DNA from: the human T2T-CHM13v2.0 reference genome, Homo sapiens
DNA: 64,000 bases
Assembly (NCBI RefSeq): GCF_009914755.1
Contig: NC_060947.1
Strand: one strand, 5' to 3'
This document shows, piece by piece, positions 24,142 to 47,003 of the stretch. Each line of letters opens with the position of its first letter. Positions within the stretch are counted from its first letter, which is position 1. Position numbers and translations under genes: made by a program. A model generated the notes under the pieces. That model was given only the letters and a program-made list of their open reading frames with translations. It was not told the origin of the DNA and ran no database searches.

Positions 24142-24315
24142 TATTTATTTATTTTTTTAAGAGATAGGGTCTCTCTCTCACTCTGGCCCAGGGTGGAGTA
24201 CAGTGGCATGATCATAGCTCACTGCCTGCTTGAACTCCTGGGCTCAAGTCATCCTCCTGCCTGAGCCTCCCGAGTATCTGGGACTACAGATGCATGCCAC
24301 CAAGCCCAGCTAATT
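24142..24315 (-). mobile_element. Old Alu monomer / right arm (AluJ- or FRAM-like)
   Basis: Single-arm antisense Alu sequence whose T-rich tail abuts the L1 5' end. Confidence 0.8.
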
Positions 24316-26174
24316 TTGTCTCATGTCTACTAAAAATTATTTTGTGAAGGCCCTCTGAACCTTAAGGGAAATCTGATGTTGCTCAGGAATCTAACTCTCC
24401 CCAAACCATCCTCTTTGACTGCTTCTAAAATATCTCTGTTGGCCTTTCTTAGCCTTTTTCTGTTTCCATTCAGTGCTCCAAGCACTTTTTGTTTGTCTCT
24501 AAGTTGAACGCTTGGGGCTTGACAGGTAGTAACATGTAGTTTGACACTGTTAACTTGTTAAATAAATATAGTGAAAAGTTTGTGAATAAAGAATGCTGAG
24601 AAGATTCTTTATTCACAAAGATGCTTTGTACAAATAAAGAACACTCTTGTTAAAAATATATATATATTTTCTCAATAATTAACTATCTATGTGCCGACAG
24701 GCAAGTGTCCCCTAAATATTAAGTCTAAACATTTATATTAATAAAATACAACTTTTAGGCCAGGTGCAGTGGCTTGCACCTGTAATCCCAGTACTTTGGG
24801 AGGCCGAGGTGAGCAGATCACCTCTTGACAAGAGTTTGGGACCACCCTGGCCAACATGGTGAAACCCCGCCTCTACTAGAAATACAAAAATTAGCCAGGC
24901 GTGGTTGTGCATGCCTGTAATCCCAGCTACTCGAGAGGCTGAGGCAGGAGAATCACTTGAACACAGGAGGCGGAGGCTGCAATGGGCCCAGATCATGCAC
25001 TCCAGCTTGGGCGACAGAGCAAGATTCCATCTTCATAAAAAAAAAAAAAAAGAAAAAGAAAAACAACAACAACAACAACGACAACGACAACAAAAGAACT
25101 AACACAGGAAGTGGGCTTTAAGAAGAATGGACTTTATTCTAAGCAATAGACAAAATAAGGAAGAAGCTGGAAGATAGCAGAGATATGGTAAAGAAGGCAT
25201 ATATCTAGCTTAACTACAAAAAAAGGCAATCAAGAATGCCATTTTCTAATAATAAAGGCAGCTAGAATATGGAATGATATAGAGTTATTGATGGAGGTTG
25301 TGACATTGGAACTATAAAGAAGAAAATGCAATCAAGGCACATCCCTTGGCTTTACACTGAAAAATATTTATATAATTATAACAATGTAAATACTATCTTT
25401 ATTGGTTTTCAACTTTTGGAATCTAACCTAGAGACAAATCACAGGAAATTTAACTATGATTACAAAGTATAAAGGAAATGTTAAAAACTTAATATAAAAG
25501 CATAGCTTACAGAAGTTGGAAAATAGAATGAGGGGAGGTGGAAGGATGTGTAGCGGCACTAATACTCTAATTTTAGAAAGTGTACAATTAAGAGATATTA
25601 TCTATAGATGAACAAGAAATAGAGGTTTATGTACCTTATATAAAGGCACAAAGAGACCAGGCACAGTGGCTCATGCCTGTAATCACAGGGCTTTTGGAGC
25701 CTGAGGTGGTGGATTGCTGGAGCCCAGGAGTTCAAGACTAGCCTGGGCAACATGGCGACACTTGTCTCTAAAAAAAATCAAAAAATTAGCTGGGCATGGT
25801 GATGCAAGTCTGTCACCCCAGCTACTCAGAAGGCTGAGATGGGAGGATCACTTGAGCCCAGGAAGTCGAGGCTGCAGTGAGCTATGATCACATAACTGCA
25901 CTCCAGCCTGGGCAACAGAGCAAGACTTTGTCTCAAAAAAAAAAAAAGGCACAAAGATAACCAAAAAGGCATGCAAACAAAAAGATACCATTAGAATGAT
26001 TGCCTCTGGGGAAAGGACCTAAACAGAGAAACTAAAACTAGTGATGTATTAGCAGGAAGAAAAAGGCAGTGCTGCAGCAGAAGTGAGCTAAATCCCCACC
26101 TATCAGAGCAGCTCAATAGAGGATGTCTAGAGCTGGTAAACCAAGGAAGGATTCAGAAAAAATGGATTATTGCA

Positions 26175-27420
<1,246 letters not shown>

Positions 27421-27565
27421 CAGGTGAATGTATATGGCAGAAATCATTAGAAAAACCCAAACCAGAAACAGTTAAGTGGCAGTTCTTAGGGAATGGGACT
27501 ACAGGTAGGCAGGGGCAAGGCAGGAGATAGTTGCTTTCTATTATGAGTGATTTTTATTTACATAA

Positions 27566-27862
<297 letters not shown>

Positions 27863-28137
27863 TAGGCGGGAGCCACCTTACCCAGCCCAATGCATTATTT
27901 TGATAAAGATTTTTAAATGTTAATTTTTTGAGACAGGGTCTTGCTGTGTTCCCCAGGCTGGAGTGCAGTGACTATTCACAGGCTCAATCATGGCGCACTA
28001 CAGCCTTTAATTCCTGGGCTCGAGATCCTCCCACCCCAGCCTCTGGAGTACCTGGGACTACAGATGAGCACCACCACATCCAGTTTAGATGTTAATTTTT
28101 TAAAGGAGTTTTTTGGGAGGCCGAGGCAGGCGGATCA

Positions 28138-28308
<171 letters not shown>

Positions 28309-28315
28309 TTATATT

Positions 28316-28503
28316 AGTGGTTCCCCATGAGGGTGATTTTGCCCCCTTCCGAAGGGATATTTGCCAATGTCTAAAGACATTTTTGGGAGAGTGTTACTGG
28401 CATCAAAGATGCTGCTAAGCATCTTATAATGCACAGGACAGCTTGCCGCAACAAGGAGTTATTCAAACCAGAATGCCAATAGGGGCAAGGCTAAGGAACC
28501 CTG
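28316..28503. mobile_element. MER20 (hAT-Charlie) DNA transposon
   Basis: gggtgattttgccccc...caatgtctaaagacattttt...aatgcacaggacag...aaccctg. Confidence 0.8.
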
Positions 28504-28587
28504 CTTTAAATAAATGTGTGGATCATAGATGCATAACAAGTTATTACGGAGCGTTATGACTGTTTAGTAAATAGAGTCAACCTGTGA

Positions 28588-29235
<648 letters not shown>

Positions 29236-29860
29236 TAATACCTTCTCTGCATCTCCTTTCTGTCATTTACACAGCACCTCTTTGATGAAATCCTCTCCAA
29301 CTTCTTGGAAAAGAGTGAATAATTTCTCCCTGATTCCATCTTGCATAAAACCACAACCCCCTCCTTGCTCAACAACCTACCAAAAGCACCTACTTTTTTA
29401 CACATATGCACTAAATAAATATTAAACTTCTGGATGTGTTAGGTGTTTGGGTTCTTGTACACTCATGATAAAGGTGTCTGTGTTCATGTTATGTCCAGCT
29501 AGAAGTAGTTTAGACAAATGTCTGCTGATCCGGTCTGGGAATATGGTTTCTAAGGAGGAGTTTGAGAAGGAACAAGAGTGGTCACTGTTCCATGCTACTA
29601 CTCGGAACATTAGTTTTTCACCTTGAAGAGCAACATTTTTTGCTGCCAGATACTGAGAGCTTGCTAAGGAGGGGGAAATGTCTTGTTCCAGAATCAATGC
29701 ACTGTGGAATATTTGTAAAAGGAAACGTAAGAAACTTGTAATAGTGGTTACCTTCAGGGGAAGGAACTGGAGAACTTGGAGATAAGGGAGAAAGAGAGAC
29801 CTAATTTTCAGTGTATGCCCTTTGATAACTTTGGAACTTTGCTCCATGTGCCTATATTAG

Positions 29861-30293
<433 letters not shown>

Positions 30294-30961
30294 TAAATAT
30301 GTATTTCAGCAATCTATTAGACTCTGAATCCCACACAGTGAAAAAACTAAAAAGAAATTAGGTCAGGTGTGGTGTTTCACAACTGTAATCCCAGCAGTTT
30401 GGAAGGCCAAGGCAAGTGGATCACTTGAGCCAAGGAGTTCGGTATCAGTCTGGGCAATGTGGCGAGATCCCCATCTCTACAAAAAAGTCAAAAAATTAGC
30501 TGGGCATGGTGGTGCACACCTGTAGTCTCAGCTACTTGGGAGGCTGAACTGGGAGGATTGCTTGAGCCTGGGAGGATCGTTTGAGCCCAGGAGGTCAAGG
30601 CTGCAGTCAGCTATAATCACACCACTGTACTCCCACCCAGGAAACAGAGGGAGATTCTGTCTCAAAAAATAAATAAATAAGGATAATTGGAGGTGTGAAA
30701 AAGTTGCAGTGACAAAATTTTAAGTACATTTCAATGTACGATATATAATTGATTGATCAGGAGTTTTAAGTACTCTAATACAGATTACAAGTGAAGACCA
30801 TTTTATCAAGGAATACATAGTTCCTTGTCTTGTTTTAATTTGGATGTAATAATGACAAGAGACCAAATACCTTAGGGTAAAAGAATGCTTTATTGAGGAC
30901 TCCTTTTCCTCAAAATTTCTGCCTTCTCCCAGTGACTGTAAGATCAAATTTCACAAATTTT

Positions 30962-30963
<2 letters not shown>

Positions 30964-31001
<38 letters not shown>
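30964..31001. repeat. (CA)n microsatellite, ~19 units
   Basis: Direct reading. Confidence 0.95.
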
Positions 31002-31003
<2 letters not shown>

Positions 31004-31133
31004 AAATTTCCCTTGTCCAAACTGAGCCTCTAATATGAAGATACACTCCTTTTTCATCTGAACTCTAAGGCCTGTCTAAACTTGAGGATGTCTACCAAAC
31101 CTCTGGCCATCCAAGATAAATGGTCCCCATTCT

Positions 31134-31428
31134 TTTTTTTCTTTTCTTTTCTTTTTTCTTTATTTCTTCTAAAAAAAAATGGGATACATGTGCAGAACGT
31201 GCAGGTTTGTGGAACCAACCCAAATGCCCATCAATTATAGACTGGATAAAGAAAATGTGGTACATATACACCATGGAATACTACGCAGCCATAAAAAGGA
31301 ATGAGATCATGTCCTTGGCTGGGATATGAATGAAGCTGGAAGCCATCATCTTCAGCAAACTAACACAGGAAAAGAAAACCAAACACTGCATGTTCTCACT
31401 CATAAGTGGGAGTTGAACATTGAGAACA
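31134..31428 (-). mobile_element. Short 5'-inverted L1PA (about PA8) insertion
   Basis: Minus-strand L1 3' terminus (31134-~31209) joined to a plus-strand ORF2-end piece (~31210-31428); 16-bp TSD aaatgg(t/c)ccc c(a/g)ttct at 31118-31133 / 31428-31443. Confidence 0.88.
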
Positions 31429-31937
31429 AATGGCCCCCGTTCTAATATACCTTCCCCAGGCAAGTCTAGGAAATTGGCTTTCATTCTCACTGATGAGCCT
31501 CACCCTACCTCCCAAAACATCTTGCTTCTAACCTCTGAATTCATTGCACAAAAGCTAAACTGAAGACTAATTTTCAAAAGGTGATATGAGTATGAAAAAA
31601 AAAAGAAGACAAAGAAGAAGAATGTGCTTTTTAACCTTTCTCTTCTAAATGGGGAAAGTATCAGGTTAAGCGGAATCCCAGCCATGCTATCTACCTTACC
31701 TGGAGCTGTTCAGTATACTTTCTGTCCCTCTACTTTCTGTGTTTCTGTTCTGGGTTAGATAGATACCCCACCAGTTATTACACTTATCTGTGGAAATTTA
31801 ATCTCTCTAATTTTTTTTTTTTTTTTTTGAGACAGAGTCTCACTCTGTCATCCAGGCTGGAATGCAATAGCGTGATCTCGGCTCACTGCAACCTCCACCT
31901 CCCGGGTTCAAGCAATTCTTCTGCCTCAGCCTCCTGA

Positions 31938-32180
<243 letters not shown>

Positions 32181-32502
32181 TAGGAGGTCAAGGCAAGAGG
32201 GAGTTCAAGACCAGCCTGGGCAACATGGTGAAACCCCATCTCTACAAAGAATACAAAAATTTGCCAGGCATGGTGGCACATGCCTGTGGTCCCAGCTACT
32301 CAGGAGACTGAGGTGGGAGGATCACTTGAGCCTGGAAGGTCAAGGCTGATGTGAGCCATGATCACACCACTGCACTCCATCCTGGATGACAGAGAGACTC
32401 TGTCTCAAACAAATACATAAAATAAAAAGTCTTCTCTTCACCCTTACTAAATCTATTCCTATCTAACAATAGCTTAATCGGTTGTGCATGTACACTGACC
32501 GG

Positions 32503-32660
32503 TGTATAGGCTGCTCAGGCTGCCATAACAAAATACCACAGACTCACTGGCTTAAACAACGCAAATGTATTTTCTCAGAGTTCTGGAGACTGGAAGTCCC
32601 AGATCAAGGTGCCAGCCAATTTGATTACTTGAGAGTGCTCTCTTCCTGGCTTACAGAAAG
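32503..32660 (-). mobile_element. MLT1 LTR fragment
   Basis: ggctgccataacaaaataccacagact...ggcttaaacaac...ttctggagactggaagtcccagatcaaggtg. Confidence 0.75.
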
Positions 32661-33876
32661 CCTCCTTTTTATGAAATAGGAAAGAAGAAACAGCAGCACC
32701 CTATTCTCCCACCCTTTAACCAAGGAAGTGCTGAGATGCTAGTAAAGTCTTGTATCAAAGCAAACAAATGCCACAACACTGATTTGTCTTCTTTGAATCC
32801 CCATTCCTCCTAATATCCACTAGGTCAAAACTCTGCTGGGGAGACTGGAATACAGACATTGGCCTACCCTGTCCTATTGTGATTGCAGGTTCACAGGAAA
32901 ATGGCAACTATGTCCATTTAACTCACTCTCTACAGTATTGTTGGGCAGAGAAGCATTTAAATGCTTTTGATGATGATGATTATAGAGAAAAATGAAATAT
33001 AAATGGCTACTGACAAGTCTCATTGTAGCAACTTTTATAACCCCATTATTAAGGAGATGAATATTTTCATATTCCTAAACAAGAGGTAATAACATGTCTA
33101 AAGCCTCTTTGCCCCTCACTTATTTTGTTAAAATGCTATTCTCATTTATTCTCGCATCTTTTCCCCCTTGGTGTGCATTAGTTACTATGGAAACATCAGG
33201 ATACCATAGTTTGAGGTTATCAACATTCTCAAGTTCTATTAGAGTTTGAAGGCAATTTATATCAAGGTGTTGGAGAAGGGGGTTGTTGCTGAGGCTTAGA
33301 AATGAATGAAAGAGAAAATAAAATGTATGGTACAGCCAGACAAACACAGGCCTTATTCAGAAAGCACCAGAGAAGGGTTGGGAGGTCATCTCATCTGCCC
33401 AATTTATCTACCAGAATCCTGACTGTAGTCAATGAGGTCTATCAAGTAAAGATATTTATGTATAACAACACCACCATGGGTTCTTTCAACTGAGAGCTTT
33501 AGCGGAACAGTTTTAAAAACTAGTAGAGTGACTGAACCACACACACTACGGAATTTATTATATGCACATTACTGAGTAATTGACTTCATTATAAACAAAG
33601 ACACACACACCAAGTACATCGAATACGAAGTCCACATTCCAACCATCAGATTAACCAACCTACATGTGTCTGTATCTGTTCTTTCTGCCGTTCATCCTAT
33701 TACAATATATGAGAGTCCCAGAAGAGTTCAACCACTTTTATGATTTCAACTATCACCCATATGCTGAAGATTCCCAAATAGATATTTTGATCCCAGACCT
33801 TTGCCCACTTGCGTGTGGGTATCTAGTATATATCTCCACCACAATGCCTCACATACAATTAAAACTGAATTTATCT

Positions 33877-34351
33877 TGTGTATTAGTCAAGGTTCCTGAG
33901 GGTTCTCCAAGATATGTATAATGAGAGAGACAGAGATTTATTATAAGGAATTGGCTCATGCAGTGATGGAGACTGAGAAGTCCCATGATGTGCCGTCTGC
34001 AAGCCGGAGATCCGAGACAGCTGGTGGTATAGTTCCAGTCCAAGTCTCCTGAGAACAGGAGAAGCAAGGTGTAAGTTCCAGTTCACCTGCAAGAGAAGAC
34101 CAATGTCCCAGCTCAGAAACAGTCAGGCAGAGAAAATGAATTCTCCCTTACCCTGCCTTTTGTTCTATAAAGGCCTCCAACAGACTGGAAGAGACTCACC
34201 CACACTGAGGAAGGCAATCAGTTTTACTCGGTCTATCAATGTGTTAATCTCATCTAGAACCACCCTCACAGACACCCCCAGAATAATGTTTGGCCAAATA
34301 TCTGGACACCCTTTGCTCCACTCAAGTTGACACATAAAATTAACCACCACA
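33877..34351 (-). mobile_element. MLT2 (ERV-L) solo LTR within L2 remnants
   Basis: tgtgtattagtc...ttattataaggaattggctca...caagttgacacataaaattaaccaccaca. Confidence 0.85.
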
Positions 34352-34489
34352 TCAGCTCCCCACTTGAACTAGATAGTACCCCATATTCTTTACTCCAGTC
34401 GTGACATCACATCCACCCAATCACTCAATCTAGAACCCTTCAAATCACCTTTGCCTCCTCCCTCTTCCTTATTCACTGTATTAGGTTAA

Positions 34490-35795
<1,306 letters not shown>

Positions 35796-37658
35796 AGAGA
35801 TGAGGATTAAGCTCAATTCCACCATTCCTACCTTCCATCCACCCCTTCTAATAAAGTGGTAGCATTATTTTTATTTCCTCTAATAGATATCTTTTTCACT
35901 TTAAATAACATACATCCACTTATATTTTCTGTTTAATCAACCATAGATAGTATCTCCTTAACGGCTTACTTTGCAAGATGAAGACATATTAGTGTTCTAT
36001 GTTTCTCTCTAGCCCTCCTTTCCCCTACCTCCCAACCTATATCCATTTCTCCACATCTCTATTTTCACCCTTTTCCAAGCCATCATCTTAACAAGCCAGG
36101 TGCTCCAATGAACCACCCAGGGAATGGTGATGAAGTGAATGAGGACAAAGTGATGGTAAAGCAGCTTCATGGGTAGGAAACTCACATCTCTAAGAAATGC
36201 TGTGCAGAACTCTTTAGCATCTCTGAGTTCTTGGAACATAAGAAAAAATCGCACTAAAAATCCACCTGTCCTCACCATGAATGACAGCGAGGAGTCAGTG
36301 CCTTCAGAAGACTTTTGTGCAGCTGTACCAAGCCACCAGCCACCCAGTTCAAGCAGCGACAGTCCCAAGGAAAATGGTGGCAGCTAAGGGTACATAAAGG
36401 AGAAGCTGGGCGCAGAGTCTCTCTTGCACTTAAAGACAGAGACTGCCCTACCATCCACACTCCAGAACATAAGCTATTTACCCAAAGGCAAAGTGGCCAA
36501 TATTAATGTGACTCTTCAGGCATTACAAGGAGACAAGGGAGTGGTAAATCAGTGAAGCTCATATGTGCTGCTGGCCCCTCTGCCCAGCACCAACAGCATC
36601 TTTTCAACGACAGCAGATCTAGCTCACTGAGCAGATTTGCATTCAAGTGAACTCGTGGGCCTCCCACACTCTCCACTCAGGCTAATACCCTGAAGACCTT
36701 AGATAGCCACATGTCCAAGCAAGTTTCTGTAGCTGTGGCTTTGCTCAGCCAGAAAGCTGGAAGCCAAGGTCTGTCTCTGGACACCTTAAACAAGCCAAGC
36801 TATCTCACCAGCATCCCTTCTGCTGCCAGCTCTGTGACCCCATGGCTGACACCCTTCACCCTGAAGCTGGATAGGACACGGGTGCTCCTGAATATTGTGT
36901 CTCAGCTCCCAAGTGCTTTGCTACCTCAGGCTTGGGTTCTGTGCTCTTCCAGAGTCCTTTCTCTACTGTGGCATTATACCCATCCAAGAAAGAGAAAGAT
37001 AAGCCACCAAACATCTGAGATGTGTGTCAAACCCAAAGACGAGGCCATCCTCTACAAGCACAACTGTAAGAACTGTAGCAAGGTTTGGGAGACTGGTAGC
37101 TCCTTGCAGATCTATCCCCACATGCATACTGGAGAGAGACCCTTCATGTTCTCTGTGTGTGGTCATGGCTTCACCACCAAGGGTAACCTCAAGGTATACT
37201 TTAATCAATATCCCCAGGTGAAGGCAAACCCCCAGCTGTTTGCCAAGTTCCAGAACAAAATGGTGGTAGGCAATGGCACCCCATGCACTCCCTGTACCTG
37301 TCCCCATAGATGAATCCAGTCTCTCTTTAGACAGCAAACTTGTCCTTGTAACAAGGACCCCCTCCATAGAACTATCACAAAATCTTTCTTCGGGGGTTAA
37401 CCCCAATGACCACATGGGTGGCTCATTGTTGGGCCTTCTCCAGAAAGTAAGGGTGGACCCACACTCCCTGGGGTGGTGCCAAACCATAATTCCCCAAGGG
37501 TTGGTGGCTTTCAAGGGAGTGGGACCACCAAGCCAGGGTCAGAGACCATGAAATTGCAGCAGCTGGTAGAGAACAGCAACAAGGCCACTTCTGACCCCAG
37601 TGAATGTCTCATTTGCCACCGAGTGTTAAGCTGCCAAAGTTCCTTCACAATGCATTAC

Positions 37659-40103
<2,445 letters not shown>

Positions 40104-40861
40104 TCATACATTACCACACCCACATTGGGGAGAGACCCATCCTATGTGAAATCTGTGGACAAGCTTTTTCTACCAAAGGCAACGTAAAGACACTTCTCAG
40201 GGTTCATGGAACCAACTCATCCATAAGTACATACCCCATTAGTCAAAAGAAATTTGCCAGTGTGGTCATGTTGCAACAACATATTTGGATGAACATGGGC
40301 ACTCAGATTCCCAGCATGTCCCCGCCAGAGAATCCCTGTGATTTTAGGGGTCCTGAGCCAATGATGGTCAGTGAGAATGGTAATACAAGTGCCATCTGCC
40401 ATGATGATGTTGAAAGAAGACACCACTGTGGATAAAGTCAGCTCCCAGGATGCCCCCAGTAGCTACTCAAAGGTCCTCACACCTCTTCTTAGCATCCACT
40501 TAATATAACCCACCCTAGGGTTTGCCACAAAGGCTTCCCTAGCAGTCACCAGGAAAGTGGGTCCTGTTCCTTCTGGCCTGCAGAGGCAGAGCAGCTGAAA
40601 AACGATTCAGTGGAGAGCAACAGTTTAATGACTCATTCTCACTGATGGGACACCAGGACTATTAGCCAAACTCCAGATGCTGTGGAAACCACATCCTTCC
40701 AGGCACGCTCCCTAGCAACTAGCCAAGCAGAAAGCATTATGACAAAGTCTCCAGATGCTGGGAGCAAAGCTGAGCACCCCAAGAACAGCCACACTGAGAT
40801 GGGCTGTCTCCCATCAACGTTTTTCTGAGCCCAGTCAACATATGTCAAAGTTCAAGTTTTA

Positions 40862-41021
40862 ACAGGTTTGGTGGCTAGCGCTTGTAATTCCAGCTACTAA
40901 TGAGGCTGGGGCAGGAGGATCACTTGAGCCCAGGAGTTCAAGGTTGTGGTAAACTATGACTGTGCCACTGCACTCCAGCCTGTGCGAAAAGGAGAGACCC
41001 TGTCTCTAAAAAATAAAAATG
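40862..41021 (+). mobile_element. Alu monomer (FAM/FRAM-like) within the SALL4 pseudogene
   Basis: Single-arm Alu; TSD aaagtt(c/g)aagtt at 40847-40858 / 41022-41033. Confidence 0.85.
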
Positions 41022-41039
41022 AAAAGTTGAAGTTCCTGG

Positions 41040-41752
41040 TAATACAAATAGGAGACAGGGAAATACTGGACAGAAGAGGGCAGTTCCCCAGCAAAGGCCC
41101 CACCCTCAAGCCTGGATATCCACAGCCCTAAGTGAGAACAGGCATTCCTGTTTTTGTGCCGAAAATGTTGCCTTTTGGCCCATCACGCCCCCATCCTGTA
41201 CCCATATAAACCCCAAACCCGAGGCTCCAGAAGCAGGAGATGAGGAGATGAGCAGACAAATGGCAGAATGGCACGGCACAGGAGAGAAGAGAAGAAACGT
41301 CAGGAGTTTTGCTGGGGGTGGTCAGAGAATCAGCCACCAGATGGCCAAACTGCAAGGGAAGATCATCTTCCCACTCCATCCCCTGTCCAGCTCCTCATCT
41401 ATCCCACTGAGAGCCACCTCCACCACCCAATAAAACCCTGCATTCTCCATCCTTCAAGTCCATGTGTGACCTGATTCTTCCAGGATTCTGGACAACAGCT
41501 CAGGATACAGAAAACTGTCACACTGGCCCTCTGCCTTTGCAGAAAGGCAGAGGGTCCACTGAGCTGATTAACACTTAAGCCATCTGCAGATGGCAAGGCT
41601 AAAAGAGTGCACTGTAACACACGCCCACTTGGGCTCCTGCACCTGTCTGTCTGTGTACTCCCCCTCCTGTAAGAGGTTTGAGCAGCGACCAAACAGACAA
41701 GCCACACCCATCACACGTCCTGTGAGGGGGGCCAGGGAACTCTCCCCTTTCA
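41040..41752 (+). mobile_element. MER50-like ERV1 solo LTR
   Basis: ataggagacagggaaatactgg...ggaactctcccctttca; 4-bp TSD CTGG (41036-41039 / 41753-41756) splits SALL4 codons VPG. Confidence 0.85.
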
Positions 41753-42418
41753 CTGGCACATTTGTTGGATCCTCAATCATGTCCCTGGTGTTAGCGGCCC
41801 AGCCACACTGACAGGCCAAGCAACACAGCTGCACACAGTGTGAGAAGAACTTCTTATCCACTAGTGCTCTTCAGATTCACAAGTGGACTCACACTAGAGA
41901 ATAGCCTTTTGTGTGCAGCATACATGGGCAAGCTTTTACCACCAAAGGCAACTTGAAGGTCCACTGTATGACTCATGGAGCAAACAATAACTCAGCACAC
42001 CAGAGAAGGAAGCTAGCCATTGAGAACACTATGGCTTAATTAGGTATGAATGGAAAGAATCTCAGAAATGTTTACTGGAAATCCTGGCCCCTTCAGTGAA
42101 GGTGGTGGAACCAATATACCAACATGCTCAACAGTGGTCTTGCCATGAAGACTAGCGAGATCTCTATGACCCAGAGTGGTGGTGTTCCCACCCTCCCAGT
42201 TTCTGTGGGGGCCAACTCTGCTGTGAATAACACTGCTGAGTCCAAGATGGATGGCTCCCAGTCAGGTATCAGTGCCAATGTGGAAAAACCAGGTGCTACT
42301 GAGACTGTTCCCACACATTGGTTCCCTCACTTCCTGGAAGAAAACAAGATTGTGGTCAGCTAAGCTAAAGGGGAACTTGCCTGGAAGAAGAAATGTAGAC
42401 AGAGTGAAATGTCTAGAC

Positions 42419-42640
42419 CATGCTTGTTCAACCCTCAGCCCGCAGGCCACATGCAGCCCAGGGCGGCTTTGAATGTGGCCCAACACAAATTCGTGAAGTT
42501 TCTTAAAACATTCTGAGATTTTTTTGTGATTTTTTTTTTAAGCTCATCGGCTATTGTTAGTATTCGTGTATTTTATGTGTGGCCCAAGACAATTCTTCTT
42601 CCAAGGTGGCCCAGGGAAGCCAAAAGATTGGACACCCCTA
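42419..42640 (-). mobile_element. MER30 (hAT-Charlie) MITE
   Basis: Ends ...aaaagattggacaccccta; perfect 8-bp TSD GTCTAGAC (42411-42418 / 42641-42648). Confidence 0.9.
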
Positions 42641-42652
42641 GTCTAGACTGTG

Positions 42653-43523
42653 CTTTTTATTCTTTTATTATTTTTTATTTGTATAAATTTATGGGGTGCA
42701 AGTGTAATTTTGTTACCTGCATAGATTGTGTAGTGGTGAAGTCAGGGCTTTTAGGATATTGATCACCCAAATAACCTACAATGTACCCCTTAAGTAATCA
42801 CTCATTATCCACCCCTTGCCTTACCCTTCCAAGTCTCTGTTGTCTATCATTCCACACACTACCTCCGTGTGTACACTTTATTTAGCTCCCACTTATAAGT
42901 GAGAACATGTGATATTTGTCTTTCTGTGCCTGGCTTGTTTCACCAAAGTTAATGGCCTCCAGTTCCATCCATGTTGCTGCAAAAGACATGATTGCATTTT
43001 TTTATGGCTGCATAGTATTCCATGATGTATACATACCACAGTTTCTTTATCTAATCCTCCGTTGATGGACACTTAGGTTGATTCCTTATCTTCGCTATTG
43101 TGAATAGTGCTGTGATAAACATACTATTGCAGGTGTCTTTTTGATATAATGATTTATTTTTCTTTGGGTAGATACCCGGTAGTGGGATTGCTGGATGGAA
43201 AGTAGTTGCATTTTTCGTTCTTTGAGAAATCTCCATACAGTTTTCCATAGAGGTTACACTAATTTACATTCCCACCAACAGTGTATAAGAGTTCATTCCC
43301 TTTTCTCCCCATCCTCACTAACATCTGTTAGTTTTTCTCTTTTTAATAATAGCCATCTGACTAGTGTAAGATGGTTTATCATTGTGGTTTTAATTTGCAC
43401 ATCTCTGATGATTAGCGATGTTGAGCATTTTTTCATGTCCGTTGGCCACTTGTCTTCTTTTGAGAAATGTCTATTCATGTCCTTTGCCCACTTTTTAATG
43501 GGATTATTTGTTTTCTTTTTTTT
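42653..43523 (-). mobile_element. L1MA (MA2/3-like) 3' fragment inside the SALL4 pseudogene 3'UTR
   Basis: L1 3'UTR and ORF2 C-terminal remnants ([19 protein letters not shown]; QPKCPS). Confidence 0.85.
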
Positions 43524-44061
43524 AAAAAAAAAACCCATCTCCTCCTCCCGTTTTCCTTATTCTTACTGATATGCAAATGATGTTTACAGATGGCAATCTC
43601 AGGCAGTTCTACAATCACAATTGTTATGCTGCTTTGCAAAACATAAAAACAAAAAAATCAAAAAAAGAAAATATCTATACCAAAACAAATACAGACTATA
43701 ATTATTTTTTAATTTTGGAAAGAAGCAAGTCTTGAAAGTAGCTTTGTTACTTCCAACAAACTATATACATAGAAATTCTGTACAGCCTACAGTAACTACT
43801 TCCCAAGACTGTCGCCTATTTCAAGGTGGAACAGTTTGAACTTATTGAACCACAGTGGAAAAGACAACTACTTAGATTAATGGGGTGAGGAGGAGTACTG
43901 TATACTTCCATGATAACTGTCTGCAAGTAAATGGACAAGGTTATCATCTATTTAGGAACCTGTTTTGTATGTCTCCTAACCCTGTACCCATCTTTTGTTT
44001 TTTGAAAGTACTTTCAAAAATAAAGCAAAAAAAAAGATTATAGAATTACAAATTCCTCCAA

Positions 44062-46862
<2,801 letters not shown>

Positions 46863-47003
46863 TTATCAGACTGAATTTAAAAACAGGATCTAACTATATG
46901 CTGTCTAGAGCAGAAACTTCAGATTCAATATATACTACAAATAGGTTGAAAGGATGGAAAATAATATACCATGCAATAACCATGAGTGAGCCGGCTATAC
47001 CAA

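Noticed and set aside
36711-37313. 200-aa ATG-initiated SALL4-like ORF as a functional retrogene
   Set aside because: Contains an out-of-frame internal stretch, and the zinc fingers have lost ligands (IYPHMH, FMFSVC, VYFNQY); there is no nearby promoter evidence.
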